A stretch of 64,000 nucleotides of DNA from Clostridia bacterium (GTDB lineage: Bacteria; Bacillota; Clostridia; TANB77; CAG-508): assembly GCA_045643465.1 (NCBI GenBank), contig JAZUKV010000010.1, positions 6,412 to 70,411 of the forward strand, read 5' to 3'. Below are positions 20,484-31,051 of this stretch, one piece after another. The notes under the pieces are model-generated. The model did no database searches and was not told the origin of the DNA. It worked only from the letters and a program-made list of their open reading frames with translations. The first letter of the stretch is position 1; each line of letters starts with the position of its first letter. The position numbers and the translations under genes were made by a program.

Positions 20484-20530
20484 TTTACATCATATATATT
20501 TAATAAAAAGTTTTATCGAAAGGGATTATT

Positions 20531-20761
20531 ATGAATTTAAGTGAACTTAAGATAGGTCAAAAAGCTAAAGTACTAAAGTTAAATATTCTAAGCAAAGAGA
20601 TAAGAAGGCATTTATTAGATATGGGGTTAACAAGAGGGGCTGAAGTAAAAATTAAAAAGATTGCACCTTTAGGTGATCCAATTGATATTGAGTTAAGAGG
20701 TTACGAGCTGTGTATAAGCAAAAATGATTTAAAGCAAATTGAAGTGGAGGTAATCGATTAA
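20531..20761 (+). CDS. feoA: Ferrous iron transport protein A
   Basis: 76-aa FeoA/SH3-like protein. Its stop overlaps the feoB start (TAATG). Confidence 0.88.
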   Translation: MNLSELKIGQKAKVLKLNILSKEIRRHLLDMGLTRGAEVKIKKIAPLGDPIDIELRGYELCISKNDLKQIEVEVID

Positions 20762-22881
20762 TGAAAGTTGGATTAGTTGGAAATCAGAATAGTGGTAAAA
20801 CAACTATTTTTAATTGCTTAACTGGGATGAATGCGAAAATTGGAAATTGGCCAGGTGTTACAATTGAGAAAAAATCTGGAATTATAAGAAATACTAAGCA
20901 CGAAATTACGGATTTACCAGGAATTTATTCTTTAAGTCCTTATAGTTTGGAAGAAGATGTGGCCAGAAAATATATTTTTGAAGAGCATCCAGATGTTATT
21001 ATAAATATTGTGGATGCCACATCTTTAGAAAGAAGTTTATATTTAACAACACAATTGATGGAACTTGATACTAAAGTAATTGTAGCTTTAAATATGTGTG
21101 ATATATTAGAAAAAAAGGGAATTTATATTGATACAAAAAAATTAGAGCAAATGTTAGGCGTTAAAATTTTTAAAATTTCTGCTTTGAAAGAAATTGGTAT
21201 AGATGAGCTTGTGGCTGAAATAGATAGAATAGAGGATTATAAAAGAGCAAATATTTATGATAAAAAGATTGAAGATGCTATATTGAATATTAATAAAAAT
21301 GTCAATGAAGAGCATAGTAGATTTATTAGTGTAAAATTGTTGGAAAATGATGAAAGATTTAAAAAATATAAAAATGATGCAGTTCAGAATATAGTTAATA
21401 AGATTCTATCTGAGTATGATACAGATTTAGAAGAAGTGATTGCAACAGAGCGCTATGATTTTATTGAAACAGTAAAATTATTAACTTTCAAAAAAACGAA
21501 AGTTAAAGAAAGTCAATCTTATAAATTAGATAGAATATTTTTAAATAAGTGGTTGGCATTTCCAATATTTGCTATTATTATGTTTTTAGTATATTACTTA
21601 TCTGTGGGAGTTGTAGGAGCCGCAACTACTAATTTTATGGGGAATGCTGTAGAAGGTTTAAGTAAAGGTGTGGAAAATATTCTTAATAATATGTATGCAT
21701 CTGACTGGGTAATTAGCCTTGTTGTGGATGGAATTATTTCAGGTGTTGGCTCAATTCTAGGTTTTATTCCACAATTAACGATTTTATTTTTGTGTATAGC
21801 ATTACTAGAAACGACTGGTTATATGGCAAGAATAGCTCTATTATTGGACAAAACGTTCAGCAAAATTGGATTAAGTGGAAAAAGTTTAATTCCATTTATA
21901 GTAGGCTCAGGTTGCTCTGTTCCTGGAATAATGGGGACAAGAATTATTGAAAATCAAAAGGAACGTGAAATTACAAGTGTGCTTGTTCCTTTTATTCCAT
22001 GTAGCGCTAAATTGCCAATAATAGCATTATTTTCAGGCTATTTTTTTAAAGAAAATTCTGGGCTAGTTTCTGCTTCATTATACTTTTTAGCAATTGTGAT
22101 TATTATTGTTTCAGCATTTGGTATTTCTAGATTGACGGGGAATACAAAGAAAAATACATTTATAAGTGAATTACCAGAATATAAAGTTCCAAATGCTAAA
22201 TATCTAGCTAGAGAGGTTATAGATAAAGTAAGCTCATTTATAAAAAGAGCTGGAAGCGTGATTTTAGTTTGCTCTGTTATAATTTGGTTTTTATTGTCAT
22301 TTTCTTTTAAATTAGAATATGGTGTAAATATAGAAAATAGTATTTTAGCTGATATAGGAAGACTAATATCTTGGATTTTTTATCCAATGATTGGTCAGAA
22401 TAATTGGGGAGCAACAGTTTCTGCTATTCAAGGTCTGGTGGCAAAAGAGCAAGTTGTATCTTCAATGGCTGTGATTTCAGGGTTAGCAGAAAATGCCAAA
22501 TCAAGTAGTGAAATATTTGCAAGTGGAACTCTTTTTTCTAGTTTTACAGGAGCATCTGCATATGCATTTATGATTTTTAATTTATTTAGTGCACCATGTT
22601 TTGGAGCAATTGGAGCAATGAAAAAAGAGCTAGGTTCAAAGAAAAAATTGATTTGTGCTGTTAGTTTTCAAACAATTTTGGCTTGGATTTTAGCAACGAT
22701 TGTATATCAAATAGGTAGAAGAATTGAAATAGGTAGTTTAAAAGCAGCAGATATTGCAATTTTAGTAAGTATTATATTAGTAATAATTATTATTTTGATA
22801 AAAAAATTAAATAATAAAAATAGAGGTTGTGCAGAGTGTCCTTATTGCGATTCATGTAACAAAAATGTAATAAAAATGTAA
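20761..22881 (+). CDS. feoB: Ferrous iron transporter B with Cys-rich C-terminal tail
   Basis: G-domain GNQNSGKTTIF, DLPG, NMCD. Polytopic membrane domain. C-terminal GCAECPYCDSC. Confidence 0.95.
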   Translation: MKVGLVGNQNSGKTTIFNCLTGMNAKIGNWPGVTIEKKSGIIRNTKHEITDLPGIYSLSPYSLEEDVARKYIFEEHPDVIINIVDATSLERSLYLTTQLMELDTKVIVALNMCDILEKKGIYIDTKKLEQMLGVKIFKISALKEIGIDELVAEIDRIEDYKRANIYDKKIEDAILNINKNVNEEHSRFISVKLLENDERFKKYKNDAVQNIVNKILSEYDTDLEEVIATERYDFIETVKLLTFKKTKVKESQSYKLDRIFLNKWLAFPIFAIIMFLVYYLSVGVVGAATTNFMGNAVEGLSKGVENILNNMYASDWVISLVVDGIISGVGSILGFIPQLTILFLCIALLETTGYMARIALLLDKTFSKIGLSGKSLIPFIVGSGCSVPGIMGTRIIENQKEREITSVLVPFIPCSAKLPIIALFSGYFFKENSGLVSASLYFLAIVIIIVSAFGISRLTGNTKKNTFISELPEYKVPNAKYLAREVIDKVSSFIKRAGSVILVCSVIIWFLLSFSFKLEYGVNIENSILADIGRLISWIFYPMIGQNNWGATVSAIQGLVAKEQVVSSMAVISGLAENAKSSSEIFASGTLFSSFTGASAYAFMIFNLFSAPCFGAIGAMKKELGSKKKLICAVSFQTILAWILATIVYQIGRRIEIGSLKAADIAILVSIILVIIIILIKKLNNKNRGCAECPYCDSCNKNVIKM

Positions 22882-22904
22882 TAAAAATGCAATAAAAATA
22901 TAAT
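22861..22904 (+). repeat. Tandem 11-bp repeat (AAAAATGTAAT, 4 copies plus a degenerate fifth) spanning the feoB stop codon
   Basis: Read directly. Copies at 22861, 22872, 22883 and 22894. Confidence 0.8.
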
Positions 22905-22970
22905 GAAAATAAAGCATATTATGAGTTATAATCATAAATAATATAAACAAAAGAAAGGAAGAAAGAGATT

Positions 22971-24554
22971 ATGAAAAAGATTATTAAGATTACTTTTATA
23001 GTAACAATTTTAACAGTATTTTTTAGTAGCTTTTGTAATACATTTGCAGCAGAAAATAAAGTTGACATTAGCAAATCAGCTACTGAATTAGATGAAAAAT
23101 TACAAACAGAAGTAACATTAACAGTTCCAACAAAAATCCCAAAAATTAAAAGAGATATAGTATTAATATTAGACGCTTCTGATTGTATAAGCTTTACTCA
23201 ATCATCACTAGTTACATTGTTAAAAGATATTAAGGAAGAAATACAAGGTACTAATGAGGAAATAAAAGTAGGAGTTGTTGTATTTAAAGGAAATGCAACA
23301 AGCTTAGGATGGAAGGATATTAATGATTTCGATGCAGAAGATATCGTTAATCAAGTTGATGCAGTTAAAGCAAGCGGTGAATTAGCATCACATGGAACTA
23401 ATATACCATCTGCATTTTTAGCAGCTCAAGATTTATTAAAGGCTGATACAGATGTTACAGATGATAAGAAAACAGTATTTTTCTTAAGTGATGGAATAAC
23501 TTATTTATTTACAAAAAATAGAGATTGCAAAACTGACTATGATGTTTCATTGGGTCTTACAAAGGGTCCAGAGGATAGAGGTTATGGAGATTTAGGAAAA
23601 AATGCTAGTGAATGGCAAGCAATTTTTGATAGCATAGAAGCAAATTATCCATATTATGTAAGTGAAAATTCAGATGATGATTATGCATTTAGTTATAGTG
23701 GATGTTATACTAAGCAAATACCAGATTTGATAACTATGAATAAAATATTGCCAGATTCTCCTGTAGAGGGATCAACAAGATTAATAAATAATGTTGAAAT
23801 GTCATTATATCAAGCAAATTTATATTATCAAGAGCTAGTTGATAAATATTCTTGCTATGCCATCAGAGTTGGAGAGATAAATGAAACTTATAAATGGGGT
23901 AAAGATTTCATGGATTATTTAGCAGAAAGCAATGCTAGTGATTATAGTGAAATTGGAAAAGAATTTTTAAATTTAATTAGTGAAGAAAGTTATATTTATG
24001 ATGAAATTGGAAAATCTGAAGATTTTGATTTTGATATTATAAATGCTCCTGAAATGTTTAATGTTTGTTCAAATGATGGTCAATTACCAAGAGTTCAAAT
24101 CAGTGAAAATGAATATGGATTTGGAGAAGGCTTTGAAAAAGATGGAAAAATTTATTATCCTTATGAATTAGAATATCATCCTGAAACAGATAATGAGCCA
24201 GAACATTTGATTTGGAAGATTAATAAAATAATAAAAGAGTATAATTCTATCGAATTTAAATATAATTTGAAGTTAAAAGAATATAAAGATGGTGTAGATT
24301 TATATACAAATAATAAAGCTATATTATATACAAATAATGGTGATGACACATATAATACAATAAACTTTGAAAAACCAGTTTTACAATTGGAAAGTGAAAA
24401 TACTAATGAAAATGAAAATTCTGAAAATAATGAAACTGAAAATAAAAGCAATAACCCTAAAGCAGGTGATGCAATAATTATTTCAGTTGGTGTTTTAGCA
24501 ATAGCATGTATTTCAATATTAGTAATTCGCAAAAAACAACAAAATAATAAATAA
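22971..24554 (+). CDS. Secreted vWA-domain surface protein with atypical C-terminal sorting signal (NPKAG + TM + RKKQQNNK)
   Basis: Signal peptide. vWA/MIDAS-like DIVLILDASDC...FFLSDG. C-terminal motif, hydrophobic helix and basic tail. Confidence 0.75.
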   Translation: MKKIIKITFIVTILTVFFSSFCNTFAAENKVDISKSATELDEKLQTEVTLTVPTKIPKIKRDIVLILDASDCISFTQSSLVTLLKDIKEEIQGTNEEIKVGVVVFKGNATSLGWKDINDFDAEDIVNQVDAVKASGELASHGTNIPSAFLAAQDLLKADTDVTDDKKTVFFLSDGITYLFTKNRDCKTDYDVSLGLTKGPEDRGYGDLGKNASEWQAIFDSIEANYPYYVSENSDDDYAFSYSGCYTKQIPDLITMNKILPDSPVEGSTRLINNVEMSLYQANLYYQELVDKYSCYAIRVGEINETYKWGKDFMDYLAESNASDYSEIGKEFLNLISEESYIYDEIGKSEDFDFDIINAPEMFNVCSNDGQLPRVQISENEYGFGEGFEKDGKIYYPYELEYHPETDNEPEHLIWKINKIIKEYNSIEFKYNLKLKEYKDGVDLYTNNKAILYTNNGDDTYNTINFEKPVLQLESENTNENENSENNETENKSNNPKAGDAIIISVGVLAIACISILVIRKKQQNNK

Positions 24555-24785
24555 TTAAATAAATAATTAATTACAGTATTTAAAATAAGTAAATATAATA
24601 ATAAAAAAGGCTCTTAGATGTTTAATACATTTGAGGGCTTTTTATAATAGATATATATAGGAATATATAAATATTAAAGTTGAATAATAAAACTTTTTAT
24701 GATAATATATAATTTATAAGCAAAAATAGAAAAATTGAAAAAATAAAAATAGAAAAAATAAAAATAGAATAAGAGGCAGATATAT

Positions 24786-25505
24786 ATGAAAAAAATAAAT
24801 TGGAAAAAATGTTTAAAAATAGTATTATCAGTGTTATCAGTAGCACTATTTGTAGGTTTAATTATATATTTATTACCAACAATGAAAGGGATTTTAACAC
24901 AAGAAGGAAGAGTAGAATTTAAAGCAAAATTAGATAGTATGGGAATGGGAAAATTTTGGGTATTAATTGCATTACAATTTGCACAAATATTATTAGTATT
25001 TTTACCAGGAGAGCCATTAGAAATATTAGCAGGACTATGTTATGGAACTATAGGCGGAACAATATTTATAATGGTAACAGTTTTTATAACAACAGCACTA
25101 ATATTTTATTTAGTAAGAAAATTTGGAAAATCATATGTAGAGCATTTTTTCAAAAAAGAAAAAATAGAAAAAATAGAAAATAGTAAGTTTTTCAAAGATT
25201 CCAAAAATATAGAGCTAATAATGATAATCCTATTTTTAATACCGGGAACACCAAAAGATTTACTAGTATATTTAGGCGGATTATTACCAATAAAACCTTT
25301 AAGATTTATCTTAATATCAACATTTGCAAGATTTCCATCAGTAATATCATCAACACTAGCAGCTTCAAATTTAATGGATGGAAATATAATGGGAAGCATC
25401 ATAATATATGCAACAACATTTATTGTTGCATTTGCAATAGTATTTATAGTAAATAAATTTGATAAAAACAAAATAACAGAAGAAGCAATAAAAGCAATGA
25501 AATAG
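24786..25505 (+). CDS. TVP38/TMEM64 (DedA-related) family membrane protein
   Basis: LPGEPLEILAGLCYG motif and the family's TM pattern. Confidence 0.85.
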   Translation: MKKINWKKCLKIVLSVLSVALFVGLIIYLLPTMKGILTQEGRVEFKAKLDSMGMGKFWVLIALQFAQILLVFLPGEPLEILAGLCYGTIGGTIFIMVTVFITTALIFYLVRKFGKSYVEHFFKKEKIEKIENSKFFKDSKNIELIMIILFLIPGTPKDLLVYLGGLLPIKPLRFILISTFARFPSVISSTLAASNLMDGNIMGSIIIYATTFIVAFAIVFIVNKFDKNKITEEAIKAMK

Positions 25506-25533
25506 TGGAATTGGGGACGGTTCTCTTTTCCAC
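25505..25533. repeat. GC-rich palindrome family, solo arm (copy 2) followed by a T-run
   Basis: GTGGAATTGGGGACGGTTCTCTTTTCCAC. The 20-mer GGGACGGTTCTCTTTTCCAC is identical to 16869-16888. The partner arm is absent. Confidence 0.9.
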
Positions 25534-25623
25534 TTTTTTTCTATTGAAATTTGAAAATTATTGTGATAGTATAACCACAGTGATTAAAAGTATAGTTTAA
25601 AATTCAAAGGAGAAGGATGTTTT

Positions 25624-26775
25624 ATGAAAGTTTCAATATTAGGATCAAGTAAGCCAGAGTTTAAATTGAGCAAGGAAGAGGCTATTAATTTTGGAGGTAA
25701 ATCAGCTGGTATTTGTTATATGCCCGGAGATATAGATACATTATTTTCAGAGCCAGAAGAAAAGACTATTAAAAGAGCAAATATGACATTGGGTTCAGGA
25801 CACCATAGTGTATTTGACCATACTACATATAATTTAGCTTTGGAAGGAATTCCTAAAATATTAGCAATGATTTTGAATAATGAAAAAATGTATACAACTT
25901 CTGAAAAATCAGCGAGATATACGAAAATGACACCTTCTGAAAGAGAAGCTGAGTTGTATGAAAAATGGATTGAAATATATAAAGCTGAAATTGCTAAGAC
26001 ATATCCTGAAATAGATGAAAAAAAGTGTAAGAAATTAGCTCAGGAAAATGCAAGATATTTAATAAGTGTTTTTACTCCTGCTACAACAATGGAGTATTCA
26101 GTAAGTTTAAGACAATTGAATTATATTGTGCATTGGTTTGAAAATTTTATAAAAAATGAAGATGATACAGAGTTTAATAAAATGTTAAAACCATATTTAC
26201 AAGAATTTATAAACAGTGTATCTGATTTAATAATTCCTGAATTAAATACTGATATAAAAGGAAGAAAAATTTCATTATTTGATACTAGAAAAACAAGAAA
26301 TGAGGAATTTGGAGAAAATTATTGTACTACATATTTAGGAACATTTGCACAATATGCACAAAACCAAAGACATAGAACTTTGCAATGTCAAATTAGATTA
26401 TTAGATAATCCACAATTTTTTGTTCCAAAAATTATCGAGAATAATGAAAATTTAAAATCAGAGTGGCTAAAAGATATAAATAGTTTATCAGATTTATATC
26501 CACAAGGAATGCTTATCCAAATAAATGAAAGAGGTACAGCAGAAAACTTTATACTAAAATGCCAAGAGAGAGCTTGTGGTTGTGCACAGCTTGAAATAAT
26601 GGATCAAACTTTGAAAATAATAGATAAATATATTTCTGCAGTAAAAGATACAAATGAAGATATTTATCAATTATTATTACCTTATAGCAAAGGCGCAAGA
26701 TGTACATATCCAGGATTTAAATGTACTGCACCATGCATGTGGGGAGCTAAGAATGCTATAACAAGATTAATATAA
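25624..26775 (+). CDS. ThyX-like (FAD-dependent thymidylate synthase family) protein, divergent and long (383 aa)
   Basis: SGHHSVFDHTTYNLAL resembles the ThyX GHxSxxEH motif, and SEKSARY resembles SxRY. The canonical RHR preceding SxRY is absent; an RHR occurs about 160 aa later. Confidence 0.45.
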   Translation: MKVSILGSSKPEFKLSKEEAINFGGKSAGICYMPGDIDTLFSEPEEKTIKRANMTLGSGHHSVFDHTTYNLALEGIPKILAMILNNEKMYTTSEKSARYTKMTPSEREAELYEKWIEIYKAEIAKTYPEIDEKKCKKLAQENARYLISVFTPATTMEYSVSLRQLNYIVHWFENFIKNEDDTEFNKMLKPYLQEFINSVSDLIIPELNTDIKGRKISLFDTRKTRNEEFGENYCTTYLGTFAQYAQNQRHRTLQCQIRLLDNPQFFVPKIIENNENLKSEWLKDINSLSDLYPQGMLIQINERGTAENFILKCQERACGCAQLEIMDQTLKIIDKYISAVKDTNEDIYQLLLPYSKGARCTYPGFKCTAPCMWGAKNAITRLI

Positions 26776-26786
26776 ATTTTATCAAA

Positions 26787-26827
26787 ATCAACATTCCAAT
26801 TTCGGAATGTTGATTTGTTTTTTAGTG
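26787..26827 (+). terminator. Rho-independent terminator
   Basis: ATCAACATTCC / GGAATGTTGAT stem plus T-rich tail. Confidence 0.8.
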
Positions 26828-26885
26828 AATGTATATTTTTCCATATATTACTCATAATAATAGAAATTATTTAGGGAGGTTTTTT

Positions 26886-28148
26886 ATGAAAAAATATGTT
26901 GCTATTGAATCAATTCATGCTGTTGAAATATTAGATTCTAGAGGGAATCCTACTATACAAGTAGAAGTTGAATTAGAAGATGGAAGTAGAGGAGTGGCTG
27001 CAGTTCCTTCAGGAGCTTCTACAGGAAGTTTTGAAGCTGCAGAATTAAGAGATGGTGATGAAACAAGATATTTTGGAAATGGAGTTAAAAAAGCTGTTGA
27101 TCTTGTAAATTATACGATTGCAGATGAGTTATTAGGTGAAAATGCACTTAATCAAACTGAAATTGATAATATTATGATTGCTTTAGATGGAACTCAAAAT
27201 AAAATTGCATTAGGAGCAAATTCAATTTTGGGAGTATCGATAGCAGTAGCAAGGGCTGCAGCAGATTCTTTAGGAATCAGCTTATACAATTATTTAGGTG
27301 GAATAAATGCAAGAGCATTGCCATTACCAATGATGAATATACTAAATGGAGGAAAACATTCTGATAATAATATTAGTATTCAAGAATTTATGATTGTTCC
27401 TGTAGGAGGAGCTGATTTTGAAGAATATATGGAAATTGGAGTAAATGTTTATAAGAGCTTAAAAAATGTTTTAAAAGAGAAAGGATATTCTGTTGGCATT
27501 GGCGATGAAGGTGGTTTTGCACCAGATTTACCAAATGAAGAATATGCTTTAGATTGCATAATGGAAGCTATAAGAAAAGCTGGATATTCTGCTGGGAAAG
27601 ATGTTGCAATTGCTTTAGATATTGCAGCATCAGAAATGTTGCAATCAGCTATGGATATTGAGAAAGAAGGATATTTATTTTGGAAAAGTAATATTTTGAA
27701 AAATAGAGATGAAATGATTGATTATTTAGAAAAATTATGTGATAAATATCCTATAATATCAATAGAAGATGGCTTAGCAGAAGATGATTGGGATGGATGG
27801 AAAAAGTTAACGCAAAGATTAGGTGAAAAAGTACAATTAGTTGGTGATGATCTTTTTGTTACTAATTTAGATAGATTAGAGCATGGAATAGAAAATAATG
27901 TGGCAAATGCTATATTAATTAAACCTAATCAAATCGGTACAATATCTGAAACTCTAGAAACAATAGAGCTAGCAAAACAATCTGGATATAATGTTGTAAT
28001 TTCTCATAGATCAGGAGAAACGGAAGATACTTTTATAGCAGATTTAGCTGTTGCTGTTAATGCAAGCCAGATAAAAACAGGTGCACCTTGTAGAACAGAT
28101 AGAGTTGCAAAATATAATAGATTATTAACAATTGAAGATGAATTATAG
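26886..28148 (+). CDS. eno: Enolase (phosphopyruvate hydratase)
   Basis: GGGAGG RBS before the ATG at 26886. [47 protein letters not shown]. Confidence 0.97.
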   Translation: MKKYVAIESIHAVEILDSRGNPTIQVEVELEDGSRGVAAVPSGASTGSFEAAELRDGDETRYFGNGVKKAVDLVNYTIADELLGENALNQTEIDNIMIALDGTQNKIALGANSILGVSIAVARAAADSLGISLYNYLGGINARALPLPMMNILNGGKHSDNNISIQEFMIVPVGGADFEEYMEIGVNVYKSLKNVLKEKGYSVGIGDEGGFAPDLPNEEYALDCIMEAIRKAGYSAGKDVAIALDIAASEMLQSAMDIEKEGYLFWKSNILKNRDEMIDYLEKLCDKYPIISIEDGLAEDDWDGWKKLTQRLGEKVQLVGDDLFVTNLDRLEHGIENNVANAILIKPNQIGTISETLETIELAKQSGYNVVISHRSGETEDTFIADLAVAVNASQIKTGAPCRTDRVAKYNRLLTIEDEL

Positions 28149-28231
28149 GAAGCTTTACTAAAAAGCTTTAAAAACTTGACCTAGAGCTATATAAATGATA
28201 TATTGAATAAAAAATTGAAGAGGATAAAAGT

Positions 28232-30115
28232 ATGAGTGACATTTGGGATAAATATACAAATACTGAAGATTTAAAAGCATTAGACTACACTGAGAAGAAA
28301 ATTTTGGCAGAAGATATTCGTCAATATATTATAGATATAGTTTCAAAAAATGGAGGGCATTTGGCTTCAAATTTAGGAATTGTAGAGCTTACAATTGCCC
28401 TTCATAGTGTGTTTAATACTCCAGATGATAAAATAATATGGGATGTTGGACATCAAACATATGTACATAAAATTTTGACTGGAAGAAAAGAGCTTATGAA
28501 ATCATTGCGCCAATTTGAAGGTATTTCAGGTTTTCCAAAAACATCTGAATCAGAATATGATTGTTTTAATACGGGGCATAGCAGTACTTCTATTTCGGTT
28601 GCTTTAGGAATGGCAAGAGCAAGAGATATAAAAAAAGAGCCTAATAGTGTAATAGCAGTAATTGGAGATGGTGCTTTAACAGGTGGAATGGCATCTGAAG
28701 CGTTAAATGATGCAGGTGCTAGTAAATCCAATATAATAGTTATTTTAAATGATAATGAAATGAGTATATCAAAAAATGTTGGTGGAGTATCAAGTTTATT
28801 AGGAAAAATGAGAACTAAAAAATGGTATACAACAACAAATGAGAAATTAAAAAATGGAATTGGAAGAATTCCGAAAATTGGAAAAGGTTTGGTAAGATTT
28901 TCTTCAAAAATCAAGAAAAGTATTAAGCAAATGTTTATTCCAAAAATGTATTTTGAAGATATAGGGTATACATATTTAGGTCCAGTAGATGGTCATAATA
29001 TAGAAAATATTGAGCAGATATTAAAACAGGCAAAAAAATGCAATGGCCCAGTATTGATTCATGTAATTACTAAAAAAGGAAAAGGTTATAAATATGCAGA
29101 AGAGAATCCTTCTAGATTTCATGGCACATCAGCTTTTGATAAAGAAACAGGTGAGTTAGTAAAGAAAAAAAGTATGGATTATTCACAAGTTTTTGGCGAA
29201 AAATTATTGGAGCTAGCTGAAAAAAATGAAAATATTGTTGCTATAACAGCTGCAATGGCTGATGGAACGGGACTCTCAGAATTTAAAAATGCATATCCGG
29301 ATCGATTTTTTGATGTTGGAATTGCTGAACAACATGCTATAGGCATGGCTGCAGGAATGTCAAAAAGCGGACTGATACCAATTGTTCCAATATATTCTTC
29401 ATTTTACCAAAGAGCTTATGACCAGGTAATTCATGATGTTTGTATGCAAAATCTACATGTAATTATGTGTGCTGATAGAGCAGGAATTGTTGGGAATGAT
29501 GGTGAAACACATCAAGGATTATTAGATATGGCAGCATTTTCAATAATTCCGAATTTGACTATTATGGCACCAAAAGATTTTGAAGAGCTAAGGCAAATGA
29601 TGGATTTTGCAGTTAATTACAAAGCTTCAATTTTTATTAGATATCCAAGAGGTGGGGAAGGCAATATTAAATTTGAATCGCATGAAAAAATAGAGCTAGG
29701 AAAATCTGAGATAATAAAAAATGGGTCAGATATGACTATTATAGCAATTGGAAAAATGGTTGAAAGAGCTGTGGAAGTATCCCAAGAGCTATCAAAACTA
29801 AATGTTGATGCAGAAATAATTAATGTTAGATTTTTAAAACCATTTGATGATAAGAAGATAATTGAGTCTATAAATAAAACCAAAAATGTTATTACAATTG
29901 AAGATGGACTATTACGAAGCGGATTAGCATCAACAATAAAAGAATTAATTATTGAAAATCATTTAGAAAATATTGAAATTAAAAGTTTTGGATATGATGA
30001 TACATATGTAAAACAAGGATCAGTAAAAGAAATTGAAGAATTATATCATTTAGATGCGAAATCTATTGTTAAAAATTCTTTAAAATTTGATGAAAATATG
30101 ATTTTAAAGAAATAA
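28232..30115 (+). CDS. dxs: 1-deoxy-D-xylulose-5-phosphate synthase
   Basis: GGHLASNLGIVELT, DVGHQTYVHKILTGR, GDGALTGGMA, IAEQHA. Confidence 0.97.
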   Translation: MSDIWDKYTNTEDLKALDYTEKKILAEDIRQYIIDIVSKNGGHLASNLGIVELTIALHSVFNTPDDKIIWDVGHQTYVHKILTGRKELMKSLRQFEGISGFPKTSESEYDCFNTGHSSTSISVALGMARARDIKKEPNSVIAVIGDGALTGGMASEALNDAGASKSNIIVILNDNEMSISKNVGGVSSLLGKMRTKKWYTTTNEKLKNGIGRIPKIGKGLVRFSSKIKKSIKQMFIPKMYFEDIGYTYLGPVDGHNIENIEQILKQAKKCNGPVLIHVITKKGKGYKYAEENPSRFHGTSAFDKETGELVKKKSMDYSQVFGEKLLELAEKNENIVAITAAMADGTGLSEFKNAYPDRFFDVGIAEQHAIGMAAGMSKSGLIPIVPIYSSFYQRAYDQVIHDVCMQNLHVIMCADRAGIVGNDGETHQGLLDMAAFSIIPNLTIMAPKDFEELRQMMDFAVNYKASIFIRYPRGGEGNIKFESHEKIELGKSEIIKNGSDMTIIAIGKMVERAVEVSQELSKLNVDAEIINVRFLKPFDDKKIIESINKTKNVITIEDGLLRSGLASTIKELIIENHLENIEIKSFGYDDTYVKQGSVKEIEELYHLDAKSIVKNSLKFDENMILKK

Positions 30116-30129
30116 AATTGGAGTATTAT

Positions 30130-30939
30130 ATGGACAAAAAAAGTATTTTAGATAAGTATAAAAAAAATGAAGAAAAATTATTGGTTTCAAAGTTTTTGGA
30201 TAAGATAGAGCATGTTACTAAAACAAATAAAATAGAAACAACAGATTTTCTTAATGAACTTGAACAAAATATAATAAAAAAAGTAAGCAATTTAATTCAA
30301 TATGATAATTTGGTTTTCTATGGTGGAAATGTAAAATCAGATAGAAAAATAGTAATTATATATCCAGAAAAAATGAAAGAGATTTTTGATAGCGATAATT
30401 TTAAATATGATACGATTTTATCATGTTTTAGAATTATAATTCCTAAAATAGATAGAGCAAATTTTAATCATAGCATATATTTAGGTGGAATTATAAAATT
30501 AGGAATTAATAGGGCAAAAATCGGCGATATTTTAGTATATGATGAAGGTGCAGATATTATTGTAAAAAAAGAAACAGAAAAGTTTTTAATCGGAAATATT
30601 AAAACCTTAAATCGTTTTAGTAATTCAGAAATTTCTTTAATCAAGTTAGATGAAATGGTGAATTATAAAAAAGAATTTCAAGATATTAAAATTATAACAT
30701 CATCTTTAAGATTAGATAATTTGGTATCTGAATTAGCAAAAACTTCTAGAAATAAGGCGTGTGAGATATTAGAGCAAGAGCGAGTTTTCGTTAATTATCA
30801 AAATGAAACGAAGGCTACAAAGCAAATAAAAGAAAAAGATGTAATTACAATAAGAGGTAAAGGGAAATTCATATTAGACGAAATTATAGGAAATACTTCA
30901 AAAGGAAATGTTATAATGAATATTAAAAAATTCATATAA
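30130..30939 (+). CDS. YlmH-like S4-domain RNA-binding protein
   Basis: N-terminal LVSKFLDKIE pattern and C-terminal S4 domain (LRLDNLVSELAKTSRNKACEILEQERVFVNYQ). Confidence 0.7.
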   Translation: MDKKSILDKYKKNEEKLLVSKFLDKIEHVTKTNKIETTDFLNELEQNIIKKVSNLIQYDNLVFYGGNVKSDRKIVIIYPEKMKEIFDSDNFKYDTILSCFRIIIPKIDRANFNHSIYLGGIIKLGINRAKIGDILVYDEGADIIVKKETEKFLIGNIKTLNRFSNSEISLIKLDEMVNYKKEFQDIKIITSSLRLDNLVSELAKTSRNKACEILEQERVFVNYQNETKATKQIKEKDVITIRGKGKFILDEIIGNTSKGNVIMNIKKFI

Positions 30940-31051
30940 TAGCATTGCAATTTTATTTTGTTAATATATAATCAAGATGAAAAAAGTCAAAATTTGACGA
31001 ACGAAAAAAATTGAATTTTCAAAAAAAATAAGATAAAATGTGGAGGAAAAC

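Noticed and set aside
24722-24770. A-rich 15-bp tandem repeat (GAAAAAATAAAAATA x2 plus a degenerate copy) upstream of the TVP38 gene.
   Set aside because: Very low-complexity poly-A/T sequence. More likely slippage in an AT-rich spacer than a functional element.
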